From positions 32,001 to 96,000 of the forward strand of contig CAVVYR010000004.1 of NCBI GenBank assembly GCA_963752475.1: a DNA stretch of 64,000 nucleotides, written 5' to 3'. The DNA is from an uncultured Chloroflexia bacterium. GTDB taxonomy: Bacteria > Chloroflexota > Limnocylindria > Limnocylindrales > CSP1-4. The translations under genes and the position numbers were made by a program. The notes beneath the pieces were generated by a model. That model had not been told where the DNA came from. It saw nothing but the letters and a program-made list of their open reading frames with translations, and did not search any database. Shown in pieces: positions 9,411-18,678 of this stretch (the first letter of the stretch is position 1; every line of letters begins with the position of its first letter).

Positions 9411-9462
9411 CGACCTCCAAGGCTGCCTCAGGATGCCCCGGCGGCCGGCCCAACGTGACACG

Positions 9463-9496
9463 AAGAAGGCCCCCGATCTACATGACCGGGGGCCTT
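9463..9496 (-). terminator. Intrinsic terminator after pntB
   Basis: Minus strand AAGGCCCCCGGTC-ATGTA-GATCGGGGGCCTT followed by CTTC. Confidence 0.75.
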
Positions 9497-9543
9497 GCTG
9501 GACTCGCGTCGTTGGCGCCACCGGGGCGCCGGGCGGTCGAAGC

Positions 9544-11019
9544 CTAGAGCTCCTTGACCGCCGCGATGAGGTTCTCCAGACCGGCCTTGGCGTCCGAGAA
9601 GAGCATCCCGGTCTTGGGGTCGGTGTAGAGGCTGTTGTCGATGCCGGCGTAGCCGCGGCCCATCGAACGCTTGATGACGACGATGGACTTGGCGTGATCG
9701 ACGTCGAGGATGGGCATGCCGTAGATGGGCGATGCCGGATCCGTGCGCGCGATGGGGTTGGTGACGTCGTTCGCACCGATCACCAGGGCCACATCACAGC
9801 GGTTGAACTCGGGGTTGATGTCCTCCATCTCCTTGAGCTGCGGGTAGGGCACGTTGGCCTCGGCCAGCAGCACGTTCATGTGGCCCGGCATACGACCGGC
9901 CACCGGATGGATGGCGTAGCTGACGTTCACGCCACGCTCCTCGAGGATGTCCCCGAGCTCGCGTACGGCGTGCTGCGCCTGGGCCACCGCGAGGCCGTAG
10001 CCCGGCACCACGATGACGTTCTCGGCATAGGCCAGCTGGATGGCCGCGTCGTCGACGCCGACCTCACGCACGGTGCCGCCACTGGCTGCCGGATCGGCCT
10101 GCGTGCCCTCACCGCCACCGAAGCCGCCGACCAGGATGTTCAGCAGCGATCGGTTCATGGCGTCCGCCATGAGCTTGGTGAGGATGCCGCCGGCCGCACC
10201 CACGAGGGCACCGGCGATGATGAGCAACGGGCTCTCCAGCACGAAGCCGGACATGGCCGCGGCGGTGCCGGTGAAGCTGTTCAGGAGGCTGATGACGACC
10301 GGCATATCGGCGCCGCCGATGGGCAGCACCATGGTCACGCCGAAGGTCAGCGAGGCCGCCAGCAGGACCAGCAGGACGCCGATCTTGACCTCGTTGCCGA
10401 GCTCGAGGACGGGCGACTCGCCCGCGCCGAGCACGAGCACGATGGTGGTCACGAGCGCCACCACACCAAGGGCGATGGTGGTGTACACGCCACCCGGCAC
10501 CTTGATGGGCTGACCCGAGATCAGACCCTGCAGCTTGCCCGAGGCGAGGATCGAACCGGTGAAGGTGATCGAGCCGATGAGCACGCCGAGGATGACGAAG
10601 ATGGTGGTGGAGATGGACTCCTTGTCGGTACCCACGATGAGCAGGTAGTCGAAGATGGCCACGATGGCCGCCGCGCCACCACCGACCGCGTTGAACAGCG
10701 AGACCAGCTGGGGCATCGCCGTCATGGCCACGCGCAGCGCGAGGAACATGCCCACGGCCGCGCCGATGGCGAAGCCGGCGATGATGATGATCAGCGCCTC
10801 GGTGGTGAGACCGCCGACCGCGCAAGCCTCGTGGGGGCAGTCGCGCAGGAGCAGGTAGACGAACGTGGCGATGACGGCCACGGTCATGCCGCCGGCCGAG
10901 ATGAGGTTGCCGTTCCGCCCGGTGGCGGGGCTGTTCATGAAGTGCAGGCCGATGACGAACGACCCCGCGGCCAGGGCACCGATGATGATGAAGAGGGCGC
11001 TAAGCGTTGACTGATCCAC
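9544..11019 (-). CDS. pntB: NAD(P)+ transhydrogenase subunit beta
   Basis: IGGADMPVVISLLNS, VPGYGLAVAQAQH, HPVAGRMPGHMNVLLAEA and KRSMGRGYAGIDN motifs. Confidence 0.97.
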   Translation of the reverse strand: MDQSTLSALFIIIGALAAGSFVIGLHFMNSPATGRNGNLISAGGMTVAVIATFVYLLLRDCPHEACAVGGLTTEALIIIIAGFAIGAAVGMFLALRVAMTAMPQLVSLFNAVGGGAAAIVAIFDYLLIVGTDKESISTTIFVILGVLIGSITFTGSILASGKLQGLISGQPIKVPGGVYTTIALGVVALVTTIVLVLGAGESPVLELGNEVKIGVLLVLLAASLTFGVTMVLPIGGADMPVVISLLNSFTGTAAAMSGFVLESPLLIIAGALVGAAGGILTKLMADAMNRSLLNILVGGFGGGEGTQADPAASGGTVREVGVDDAAIQLAYAENVIVVPGYGLAVAQAQHAVRELGDILEERGVNVSYAIHPVAGRMPGHMNVLLAEANVPYPQLKEMEDINPEFNRCDVALVIGANDVTNPIARTDPASPIYGMPILDVDHAKSIVVIKRSMGRGYAGIDNSLYTDPKTGMLFSDAKAGLENLIAAVKEL

Positions 11020-11021
11020 CG

Positions 11022-11342
11022 CTAGGCCTCCTTACCGTCGGCCTTGGGAGCGGTGGGCTTCTTCTTGAACATCTGCAGCATGCGGTCGGTGACCACGTAG
11101 CCGCCCACGACGTTCATGGCGCCGAAGGCGACGGCCACGAAGGCGAGGGCGTAGCCCAGGATGTCGTCGGCCTCGGCGGCGATGATCATGCCGCCGATGA
11201 CGACGATGCCGTGGATCGAGTTGGCACCCGACATGAGCGGGGTATGGAGGGTCGCGGGGACCTTGCTGATGACCTCGAAGCCGACGAGGACCGCGAGGAT
11301 GAAGATGACGAGTGAGCCAAGAAGGCTGATCTCACCGCTCAT
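11022..11342 (-). CDS. pntAB: NAD(P)+ transhydrogenase subunit alpha, membrane part
   Basis: VPATLHTPLMSGAN and VTDRMLQMFKK motifs. Confidence 0.96.
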   Translation of the reverse strand: MSGEISLLGSLVIFILAVLVGFEVISKVPATLHTPLMSGANSIHGIVVIGGMIIAAEADDILGYALAFVAVAFGAMNVVGGYVVTDRMLQMFKKKPTAPKADGKEA

Positions 11343-12487
11343 GCGGCACCCCCTTCGGCCAGCATCTGAGCCGTCGTCGGGTGCACCACCACGCCGTTGT
11401 GTGTGATCACGGTGCCAGTGGTGATCTCGTCATCGAAGTCGAACGTCATCTCCCCTTCCTTGATGAAGTGCGTCAGAAGCGCGCTGATGTTGCGGGCATA
11501 GAAGCCGCTGGCGCCGCCGGGCATGGTGGCCGGCAGGTTGGTGGGCGCGATGATGGTGACGCCGTTGTCCGTGGTGATCGTGTCGTCGGGCTGCGAGAGC
11601 TCGACGTTGCCGCCGAGTGCGCTCGCAGCCATGTCCACGATGACCGAGCCGGACTTCATGTTGTGCACCGCATCCGCGGTCACCAGCAGCGGCGGCCGGC
11701 GTCCCGGCACCTGGGCCGTGGTGATGACCACGTCCATGGAGCTGATGTGCGTATTGAGCTCTGCCTGCTGGGCAGCCTTCTCCTCATCGGTCAGCTCGCG
11801 GGCGTATCCGCCCTCACCGGTGGCGTCGGCGACCGACTCCAGCTTGAGGAACTGCGCACCCAGCGATTGCGCCTGTTCCTTGGTCTCGGAGCGCACGTCG
11901 TAGGCCTTGACCAGCGCGCCGAGGCGCTTGGCCGTGGCGATCGCCTGCAGGCCGGCGACGCCGATACCGAGGATGAGCACGTTGGCCGGCTTGGCTGTCC
12001 CCGCGGCCGTGGTCAGCAGCGGGAAGTAGCGGCCGTAGGCGTCCGCGGCCATGACCACGGCCTTGTAGCCGCCGACGTTGGCCTGCGAGGACAGCGCGTC
12101 CATCGACTGTGCACGCGAGAGCGTTCGCGGCAGCGTATCGAGGCTGACGGCGGTGACGCCGGCGTTGGCCAGCGACTGCGCGTTCTGCGGATCGATGAGC
12201 GGCTGCAGCAGGCCGATGACGACCTGGCCGGAGCGCAGCTTGCCGATCTCTTCAGGGGTCGGCTTCTGCACACGCAGCACGACGTCAGCATCGGCGTACA
12301 GCTGGTCCTCGCTCACGACCTTGGCCCCGGCCGCGGTGAAGTCCGCATCCGGGATCGAAGCGCCGTCTCCGGCGCCGGTTTGAATCAGGACCTCGTGCCC
12401 GGCACCGGTCAATTTGCCGATGGCCTCAGGCACAAGGGCGACCCGCCGTTCGTTGGGCGCGGTCTCCTTGACGGTGGCAATCCTCAT
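11339..12487 (-). CDS. pntAA: NAD(P)+ transhydrogenase subunit alpha, NAD(H)-binding part
   Basis: ERRVALVP, RAQSMDALSSQAN, GIGVAGLQAIATAKRLGA and GGYARE motifs; start taken at ATG 12487. Confidence 0.96.
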   Translation of the reverse strand: MRIATVKETAPNERRVALVPEAIGKLTGAGHEVLIQTGAGDGASIPDADFTAAGAKVVSEDQLYADADVVLRVQKPTPEEIGKLRSGQVVIGLLQPLIDPQNAQSLANAGVTAVSLDTLPRTLSRAQSMDALSSQANVGGYKAVVMAADAYGRYFPLLTTAAGTAKPANVLILGIGVAGLQAIATAKRLGALVKAYDVRSETKEQAQSLGAQFLKLESVADATGEGGYARELTDEEKAAQQAELNTHISSMDVVITTAQVPGRRPPLLVTADAVHNMKSGSVIVDMAASALGGNVELSQPDDTITTDNGVTIIAPTNLPATMPGGASGFYARNISALLTHFIKEGEMTFDFDDEITTGTVITHNGVVVHPTTAQMLAEGGAA

Positions 12488-12827
12488 GCAGGAACCCCGA
12501 GTGTCGAGAAGGTGATTGATGGCGCGCGCAAACACATCGGTCCGGCGCCAATAGGCCAAGTGTAATCCGATTCGCCCTCCACTCGCCTGCCAGTGGTCAC
12601 CTCTCGAAGGTGCCGACCTGCTCTGGTCGGCCTACGCGTGAGAAGCGACGGCCGATCGGGCGAGCAGCGACGGCCACCCGGGCGAGGAGCGCGCTCAGCA
12701 GTTCGCGCGTGTGCAAGCTTGACGTCGGAGCAAGACCGACCGCGGCCGGAACGCCCGCCACCATCACCCGGCACGACCTCAGCCCGGTCGAGCTCTCCGT
12801 CATCAGGCCCGAAGCGATCGACGCTGA

Positions 12828-14030
12828 CTACGTCGCCCGCTGATGCTCCTGGACCGACTGGAGGAAGAGCGATACCGGCCGATAGATGGCGTGGGCGAAC
12901 TTGGTGAAAGGCACCAGCAGCACCAGCTCCATGGCGATGGCCACGTGCACCAGGAAGCCGAGGTAGCCCCAGACGGGCGGCTGGGGCAGGTAGAGCGCCA
13001 GCTCGATGACGAAGCCGGTCAGCCCCGCCAGCCAGAGCAGCCAGAGGAAGGTCCAGTCGGAGGTGAAGGAGCGGCGAACCGTGCGCCCGTCCTTGCGCCA
13101 GCGGCGGATCATCAGGCCCGTGGCGCCGTACATCATGGCCAGCCCGGCCACGGTGCCCAGCAGTCGCACCGGATACCAGATGGGCACCTGCTCACCGGTG
13201 TGCTTCACGCCGATGATGTCCAGGCCGAAGTCGAGCGTGGTCGCGGCCAGCAGGCCCAGGAAGCCAAGCATCGTGGCCGCGTGCATGAACCAGGTCCGAC
13301 GCCACAACGGAACGGCGGCCTCCGACTCCTCGCAGTCGTCGCGGTAGCGCTTCTGACCCAGCGACTCGACGGCCAGCGATGACCACAGCGCCGAGCCCAC
13401 CGTGCGCAGCCCATCACGGCTGCGCAGCTCGCCCCAGGCGATGCCGCTGGCCGGAGCGGTGCGGCCGATCATCGTGAGCACGCCGACGACTCCAGCGACG
13501 AAGACGAGGATCATGGCCACGAGGCCGAAGTCATGGATGAACGGAGCCGGGATCCAATCGAAGAAGGCCATGCCGGCGTCCTCGGACGGCAGCGGCCCGG
13601 CGCGGTTGACGAACATGAAGAGCCCGAAGAGCACGGCCAACGCGACCGCGGCGATCGTGCCCAGCAGTGGCTGCAGATAGAGGAAGCGAGCGATGCGCGT
13701 GCGGTCGTAGGAGGCCGTGGCGAAGCGGCGCGAGGCAGCCATGAACTCGGACGGCTCGGCCTGACGCGGACAGGTCTCGGAGCACTCGCCGCAGGCGTAG
13801 CAGGTCCACAGCTCCTTCGAGGCCAGCAGCTCGTCCTTCATGCCCACCTGGGCGTAGCGGATGATCCGCCGAGGGAAGGTCGAGTCGGCCGTCGACAGCG
13901 GACAGATGGCGGTGCAGTTGCCGCAGTTGAAGCAGGCATCGACGTCGAAGGCGCCGTAGCGCTTGATCTCCGGCAGCAGCTCCGGGTCGACCCGTACGAC
14001 CGCGGTCTCACTCTGGGCCGTGGCGGTCAT
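12828..14030 (-). CDS. HdrC-like 2x[4Fe-4S] domain fused to a NarI/cytochrome b-like membrane domain (QmoC-like)
   Basis: CFNCGNCTAICP and CYACGECSETCP; about 6 TM helices with WFMH and LVHV...PFTKFAH histidines. Confidence 0.85.
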   Translation of the reverse strand: MTATAQSETAVVRVDPELLPEIKRYGAFDVDACFNCGNCTAICPLSTADSTFPRRIIRYAQVGMKDELLASKELWTCYACGECSETCPRQAEPSEFMAASRRFATASYDRTRIARFLYLQPLLGTIAAVALAVLFGLFMFVNRAGPLPSEDAGMAFFDWIPAPFIHDFGLVAMILVFVAGVVGVLTMIGRTAPASGIAWGELRSRDGLRTVGSALWSSLAVESLGQKRYRDDCEESEAAVPLWRRTWFMHAATMLGFLGLLAATTLDFGLDIIGVKHTGEQVPIWYPVRLLGTVAGLAMMYGATGLMIRRWRKDGRTVRRSFTSDWTFLWLLWLAGLTGFVIELALYLPQPPVWGYLGFLVHVAIAMELVLLVPFTKFAHAIYRPVSLFLQSVQEHQRAT

Positions 14031-14320
14031 CGCTTCACTTCCTTCTCCGGCAGCGCGTAGCGCGGGTAGTCGCCATCGACTCCGTCCTCGACCGCCTGGC
14101 CGTACTTGCGCATGGCCGTCAGCGTCCAGAGCACGTCCCGCGCTTCGAAGCCGGTGGCCGTGGCCAGTTGGGGCACGGTCATGGGACCGTCCTTGAGGGT
14201 CTTCCTGACGGCCGCCTTGCGCTTGTTCGTGACCTTGACGTAGGCCAGCAGGTCTTCGGACGCGGGGCCTTGTCGCTCCTTGAAGACGTCCAGGGCGGTC
14301 GGCACCTTGGTCTCGCTCAT
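14027..14320 (-). CDS. Small winged-helix protein inside the Hdr-like operon
   Basis: GPMTVPQLATATG....VLWTLTAMRKYG pattern; 4-bp overlaps on both sides. Confidence 0.75.
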   Translation of the reverse strand: MSETKVPTALDVFKERQGPASEDLLAYVKVTNKRKAAVRKTLKDGPMTVPQLATATGFEARDVLWTLTAMRKYGQAVEDGVDGDYPRYALPEKEVKR

Positions 14321-16464
14321 GCAGGCACCTCCACCTTCACCGCCTCGCCAGGCGCGGCTGGTGCGCTGGTGATGGCGTCGATCATGGCCCGGTACTGGTC
14401 CATCTCCCAGCCCTGCACGTCGATGGCCTCGCTGTCACAGACGGCCACGCAGGCACCACAGCCGACGCAGGCGACCGGGTTGACGTAGGCCTTCTGCTCG
14501 GTGACGCCTTCCTCGGTCTCGATCTCGGTAAGGCTGATGGCGCCGTCGTACTGGCAGGCGTCGGTGCAAGCCCCGGCGCCGACGCAGCGAGCCAGGTCGA
14601 CGCGCGCCACGAACGGCTCCATCTCCACGTGGTCCTTGGCCAGCACGGTGGCGGCCTTGACCGCCGCGGCCGAAGCCGAGGACGTGGACTCGGTGATGTC
14701 CTTGGGGCCCTGTGCCGCACCAGCCAGGTAGATGCCCGGGATGGACGTCTCCACCGGTCGCAGCTTGGGGTGCACCTCCAGCAGGAAGTCATCGTTGCCC
14801 ACCGGCGCCTTGGTCATGTCGATGATGTCGGCCACGTCGCGCGGCTGCATGCCCACACCGAGCACGACCAGATCGGCGGGCACGTCCAGCTGGGCCCCGA
14901 AGGTCAGCGTGTCGGTCACACGGACCGCGAGCGGGTAGTCGCCCGACTCGGCCACCGACACCACCGGCCGTGCATGGTCGTCGAAGCGCAGGAAGCGCAC
15001 GCCCAGCTTGGAGGCGTCGACGTAGTAGTCCTCCTGTGCCTTCTCGTACGTGCGGATGTCGCGGTAGAGGTCGTAGACGGCGGTGTCCGGCAGGCGCCGT
15101 CGCACCTCGTTGGTGGCCTGCAGCGTGGCCGTGCAGCACACACGCGAGCAGTATTCGTTGAGCGAACCCGACGGCCCGGGCTCGTCGACGCCTGCGATCT
15201 GCCGTGAGCCGACGCAGTGGATGAAGGCCACCGACCGCGGTGCCTTTCCGTCGACCAGCACCTGACCGCCGGTCGGACCCTCCTGGTCGAGCATCCGCTC
15301 GAGCTGCGGCAGCGTGATGACCCGCTCCGAGGTGCCGGATCCGTACTCGCCCTCACGCGGTGTGTAGTGGTCGTAGCCGGTGGCCACGATGACGGCGCCG
15401 GCCTCCACGACCTCGTCCTCGGGCACCTCGTCGATGGTGATGCCCTCGCCGGCCGCCAGCACGCATTCGCCACAGCGCGTGCAGTTGGCCCAGTCGATGG
15501 CATGCAGCGCCGGGATGGCCTCGGGATGCGGCTTGTAGAAGGCCTTGCGCGTCGAGAGCCCATCGTCGAACTCGTCGTCCACGACCGTGGGGCAGGCATC
15601 CACGGCCACGGCCGGGTCGCTCAGTCGTTCATCGACACCCCGCGGCTGCGTGCGCAGGGTGGCGCTGAAGTCCCCGAGGAAGCCGGTCAGGGCGTGGAGC
15701 TCGGTGTAGGTGCGGACCTCGATGCGGTCGTCGGCGGTGACCTCGTCGATGAGGCGGCGCACGAGCGGCACGGCCGGCTCGTCGGTGGGATAGACCGTGC
15801 CCAGCTGCATCGTGCGTCCGCCGAGGAACGGCGTCTTCTCGATGAGCGTGACCTCCTGGCCCATGGCCGCGCAATCGAGCGCGGCCCGCAGGCCGGCCAC
15901 GCCGCCGCCGACCACGAGGACGCGGTGAACCGCGTCCACCCGAACCGGTTGCAGCGGTTGCAGCAGGCGGGACTTGCCCACCGCCGCGCGCACGACCGAG
16001 ACAGCCTTGTCGGTCGCGGCTTCGCTGTCGTGTGGATGAGCCCAGCTGACCTGTTCGCGGATGTTGGCCGGCAGGAACAGGTAGGGGTTCATGCCGGCGC
16101 GGATGACGGCCTTGCGGAAGGTGGTCTCGTGGAGCGATGGCGTGCAGGCGGCCACGATGACACGGTCGAGCCCCAGCTCCTCGATGTCCTTGGTGATCTG
16201 CCCCTGGCCCTCATCGGAGCACATGAAGGGGATGTGCCGCGACACCGACACGCCATCCTCGTGGCTGAGCGACTGGGCCACGGCATCGACGTCGACGACA
16301 TCGCTGATGTTGCCGCCGCAGTGGCAAACGTAGACGCCCAGCTTCTCGCCGGGACCGGCCGTCAGGTCGTCCGCGCTCAGCTCGATGGGGCCGAGGCCCT
16401 CGTCGCCGGCCGGCTCGGGGCAATCCTCACCCTGATCGGTCGCGGGCCATTCCTCACTGACCAT
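14317..16464 (-). CDS. HdrA-family flavo-iron-sulfur protein (long)
   Basis: GVYVCHCGGNI, VVGGGVAG, HCVGSR...CSRVCC, HPKLRPVET, GPKDI and a C-terminal ferredoxin. Confidence 0.93.
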   Translation of the reverse strand: MVSEEWPATDQGEDCPEPAGDEGLGPIELSADDLTAGPGEKLGVYVCHCGGNISDVVDVDAVAQSLSHEDGVSVSRHIPFMCSDEGQGQITKDIEELGLDRVIVAACTPSLHETTFRKAVIRAGMNPYLFLPANIREQVSWAHPHDSEAATDKAVSVVRAAVGKSRLLQPLQPVRVDAVHRVLVVGGGVAGLRAALDCAAMGQEVTLIEKTPFLGGRTMQLGTVYPTDEPAVPLVRRLIDEVTADDRIEVRTYTELHALTGFLGDFSATLRTQPRGVDERLSDPAVAVDACPTVVDDEFDDGLSTRKAFYKPHPEAIPALHAIDWANCTRCGECVLAAGEGITIDEVPEDEVVEAGAVIVATGYDHYTPREGEYGSGTSERVITLPQLERMLDQEGPTGGQVLVDGKAPRSVAFIHCVGSRQIAGVDEPGPSGSLNEYCSRVCCTATLQATNEVRRRLPDTAVYDLYRDIRTYEKAQEDYYVDASKLGVRFLRFDDHARPVVSVAESGDYPLAVRVTDTLTFGAQLDVPADLVVLGVGMQPRDVADIIDMTKAPVGNDDFLLEVHPKLRPVETSIPGIYLAGAAQGPKDITESTSSASAAAVKAATVLAKDHVEMEPFVARVDLARCVGAGACTDACQYDGAISLTEIETEEGVTEQKAYVNPVACVGCGACVAVCDSEAIDVQGWEMDQYRAMIDAITSAPAAPGEAVKVEVPA

Positions 16465-17857
16465 GGTGGGCCTCCTCGATGGCGCCCGCGGCAGCCAGTT
16501 GTTCGGGGCTCATCTCGCTGACCGAGACGAGCGGCTGCGCCTGCTGTGGTCTGGCCCCGACCGTCGAGGCCAGGTAGCCCTCGACCTTGGCCGCGGCGGC
16601 GCTCGCCTCGACCACGGTGTCGACGATGTCCTTGGGCGCGATGGCCGTACCGGTGGCGAAGAGCCCGGGTGTGCTCGTGCGCGTGGTGTCGAGCTTGGGT
16701 TCGGCCGGACGGATGAAGCCATCCCGGTCGAGGTCCACACCCACGAACGAGCGCGGGTCGGTGCCGGGCTGCATGCCCACCGAGAGCACGACGAGGTCAT
16801 GCAGCGGCTCATCGACCGAACCGTCCCCCTCCATGCGCTCGATGCGGAGCTTGAGATCGCCGTCTTCCTGCTCATCGATGCGCGCGACCTTGGCCTTGAC
16901 GAACTCGATGCCCATGGCCTTGGCCGTCTGGTAGAACTGCTCGTAGCCCTTGCCGAAGGCGCGGATGTCCATGTAGTAGATCGTGATGTCGGCCAGCGGC
17001 AGCGAACCCGAGAGCAGCATCGCCTGCTTGACCGCGTACATGCAGCACACGCGCGAGCAGTAGGGCACGCCGAGCGTCTCGTCGCGCGACCCTGCGCACT
17101 GGACGTAGGCCACGCGGTCGGGGATCTTGCCGTCCGACGGCCGCAGGACGCGCCCGTAGGGCCCGTTGGGCGAGAGCAGGCGCTCCATGTCCAACCCGGA
17201 GAGCACGTTGGCGGCCTCGCCGTGGTACTCGGCCTTGGCCTCGGTGGGCGTGGTCTGATAGCCGGTCGCCAGCACGGCCGCGTCGAAATGCAGCGTCTCG
17301 ACCCGGTCCTGCTGCGTGAAGTCGATGGCCGTAGGCGTGGTGGGGCAGGCCTTCTCGCACTTGCCGCAGAAGATGCACTCGTCAGCGTCGATGAGCGCGT
17401 ACTGCGGGATGGCCGTGCCGAACGGGATGTAGGCCGCGCGGCGAGCGCCCAGCTCACCCTCGAACTCGTGCGGCACCTCAACGGGGCAGGCGTACTCGCA
17501 CAGGCGGCAGCCGATGCAGTCGTCCTCGCTCACGTAGGTGGCCTTGCGCCGAACCCTGGCGCTGAAGCCGCCCTCGGGGTCGGGCTTCAGCTCCTCGATC
17601 TCCGAGTAGGCCCAGATGTCCACGTTGTCGTGGTGAGCCGCGCTGGACATGCGCGGGGTGGTGATGCAGGAGGCGCAGTCCATGGTCGGGAAGACCTTGG
17701 AGAGAGCGATCATCTTGCCCCCGATGCTGGGCTCCTTCTCGACCACCAGCACCTTGCGGCCACGGTCGGCCAGGTCCAGGGCGGTCTGCAGGCCGGCGAT
17801 GCCGCCACCCACCACGAGCACATCGTGATCGGCTGCGACGGTGGTGGTCCTGCTCAT
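16454..17857 (-). CDS. HdrA-family flavo-iron-sulfur protein (short)
   Basis: VVGGGIAG, FPTMDCASC, CIGCRLCEYACP / CIFCGKCEKACP, QCAGSR...CSRVCCMY and DIRAFGKGYE motifs. Confidence 0.93.
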   Translation of the reverse strand: MSRTTTVAADHDVLVVGGGIAGLQTALDLADRGRKVLVVEKEPSIGGKMIALSKVFPTMDCASCITTPRMSSAAHHDNVDIWAYSEIEELKPDPEGGFSARVRRKATYVSEDDCIGCRLCEYACPVEVPHEFEGELGARRAAYIPFGTAIPQYALIDADECIFCGKCEKACPTTPTAIDFTQQDRVETLHFDAAVLATGYQTTPTEAKAEYHGEAANVLSGLDMERLLSPNGPYGRVLRPSDGKIPDRVAYVQCAGSRDETLGVPYCSRVCCMYAVKQAMLLSGSLPLADITIYYMDIRAFGKGYEQFYQTAKAMGIEFVKAKVARIDEQEDGDLKLRIERMEGDGSVDEPLHDLVVLSVGMQPGTDPRSFVGVDLDRDGFIRPAEPKLDTTRTSTPGLFATGTAIAPKDIVDTVVEASAAAAKVEGYLASTVGARPQQAQPLVSVSEMSPEQLAAAGAIEEAHHGQ

Positions 17858-18339
17858 GCCGCGGCCTCTGTTGCCGGCTCGTCGACCGGCTCGGGCGCCG
17901 GGGCCACGGGCCCGATAGGCCCGAGGTCCTCGAGCACCTTTTCCATGTCGGCGACTTCCTTGATGAAGGCCTTGGTGCAGACCGAGCAGATGGCCGTCAG
18001 CTTCAGCCGGCGGATGTCGATGTCGCGCTCCTTCATCAGCTTGTAGGTGCGATCGATCTGCTTGGCCGTCTGTTCGAACGAGCCCTTGTACGGGCTATCG
18101 GTGCCGCAGGACGCGATGAGGACGGCGTCCACGCCCTGCTCGAAGCAGTAGAGATAGAACGACTCAGGGAACATCACCGGGTCGGGCGTGGGGATGACGA
18201 AGGTGTTGGGCGGGTACTCCATGTGCGCCTGGCCCGTGGCGTCGATGCCCGGGTAGGAGCAGAGCAGTGTGGCGATGACGAGCATCCGGGTCGGACGGAT
18301 CTCCGCCCTCTTCGGCTCGGTCGCCGCAGGTGCCGTCAT
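17854..18339 (-). CDS. MvhD/FlpD-like iron-sulfur subunit with atypical Cys pattern
   Basis: CSYPGIDATG...YP.N..VI...GVDAVLIASC...GIDIRRL-like scaffold, located before hdrA. Confidence 0.82.
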   Translation of the reverse strand: MTAPAATEPKRAEIRPTRMLVIATLLCSYPGIDATGQAHMEYPPNTFVIPTPDPVMFPESFYLYCFEQGVDAVLIASCGTDSPYKGSFEQTAKQIDRTYKLMKERDIDIRRLKLTAICSVCTKAFIKEVADMEKVLEDLGPIGPVAPAPEPVDEPATEAAA

Positions 18340-18380
18340 GCCTCGGCCTCCCCTTGCCTATCGCTGGTGTCGTCGGGCGC

Positions 18381-18647
18381 CTACTTGGCGCGCTTGACGA
18401 AGACCCGCTCGTAGCCGTCGGCCGCGGACACACCTACGAAGCCATGTCCGACCTTGTTGCACCAGGCCGTCATGTCCGACTTGGTTTGCGGATCGGTGGT
18501 CAGGATCTCCAGCACGCCACCTACGGCCACGCCGCCGATGGACTTCTTGGCTTCGAGCAGCGGGCCCGGGCAAGCGCTGCCGCGGGCGTCGGCAACGGCG
18601 CCGACCTCGAGGGCATCTACGGCGGTCTGGTCGAGCAGGTCAGTCAT
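18381..18647 (-). CDS. TusA-family sulfur carrier protein
   Basis: DARGSACPGPLL (CPxP motif), LEILTTDP..KSDMTAWC; start ATG 18647. Confidence 0.92.
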   Translation of the reverse strand: MTDLLDQTAVDALEVGAVADARGSACPGPLLEAKKSIGGVAVGGVLEILTTDPQTKSDMTAWCNKVGHGFVGVSAADGYERVFVKRAK

Positions 18648-18678
18648 TGGGGGTTCCTTCCTTCTGGCGCTGGGGTGG

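Noticed and set aside
9145-11010. Long antisense or alternative-frame ORFs (also 16463-18046, 21048-23489, 42177-43856, 49906-51393 and many others)
   Set aside because: These are shadow ORFs of well-supported genes in high-GC DNA, with no recognisable motifs.
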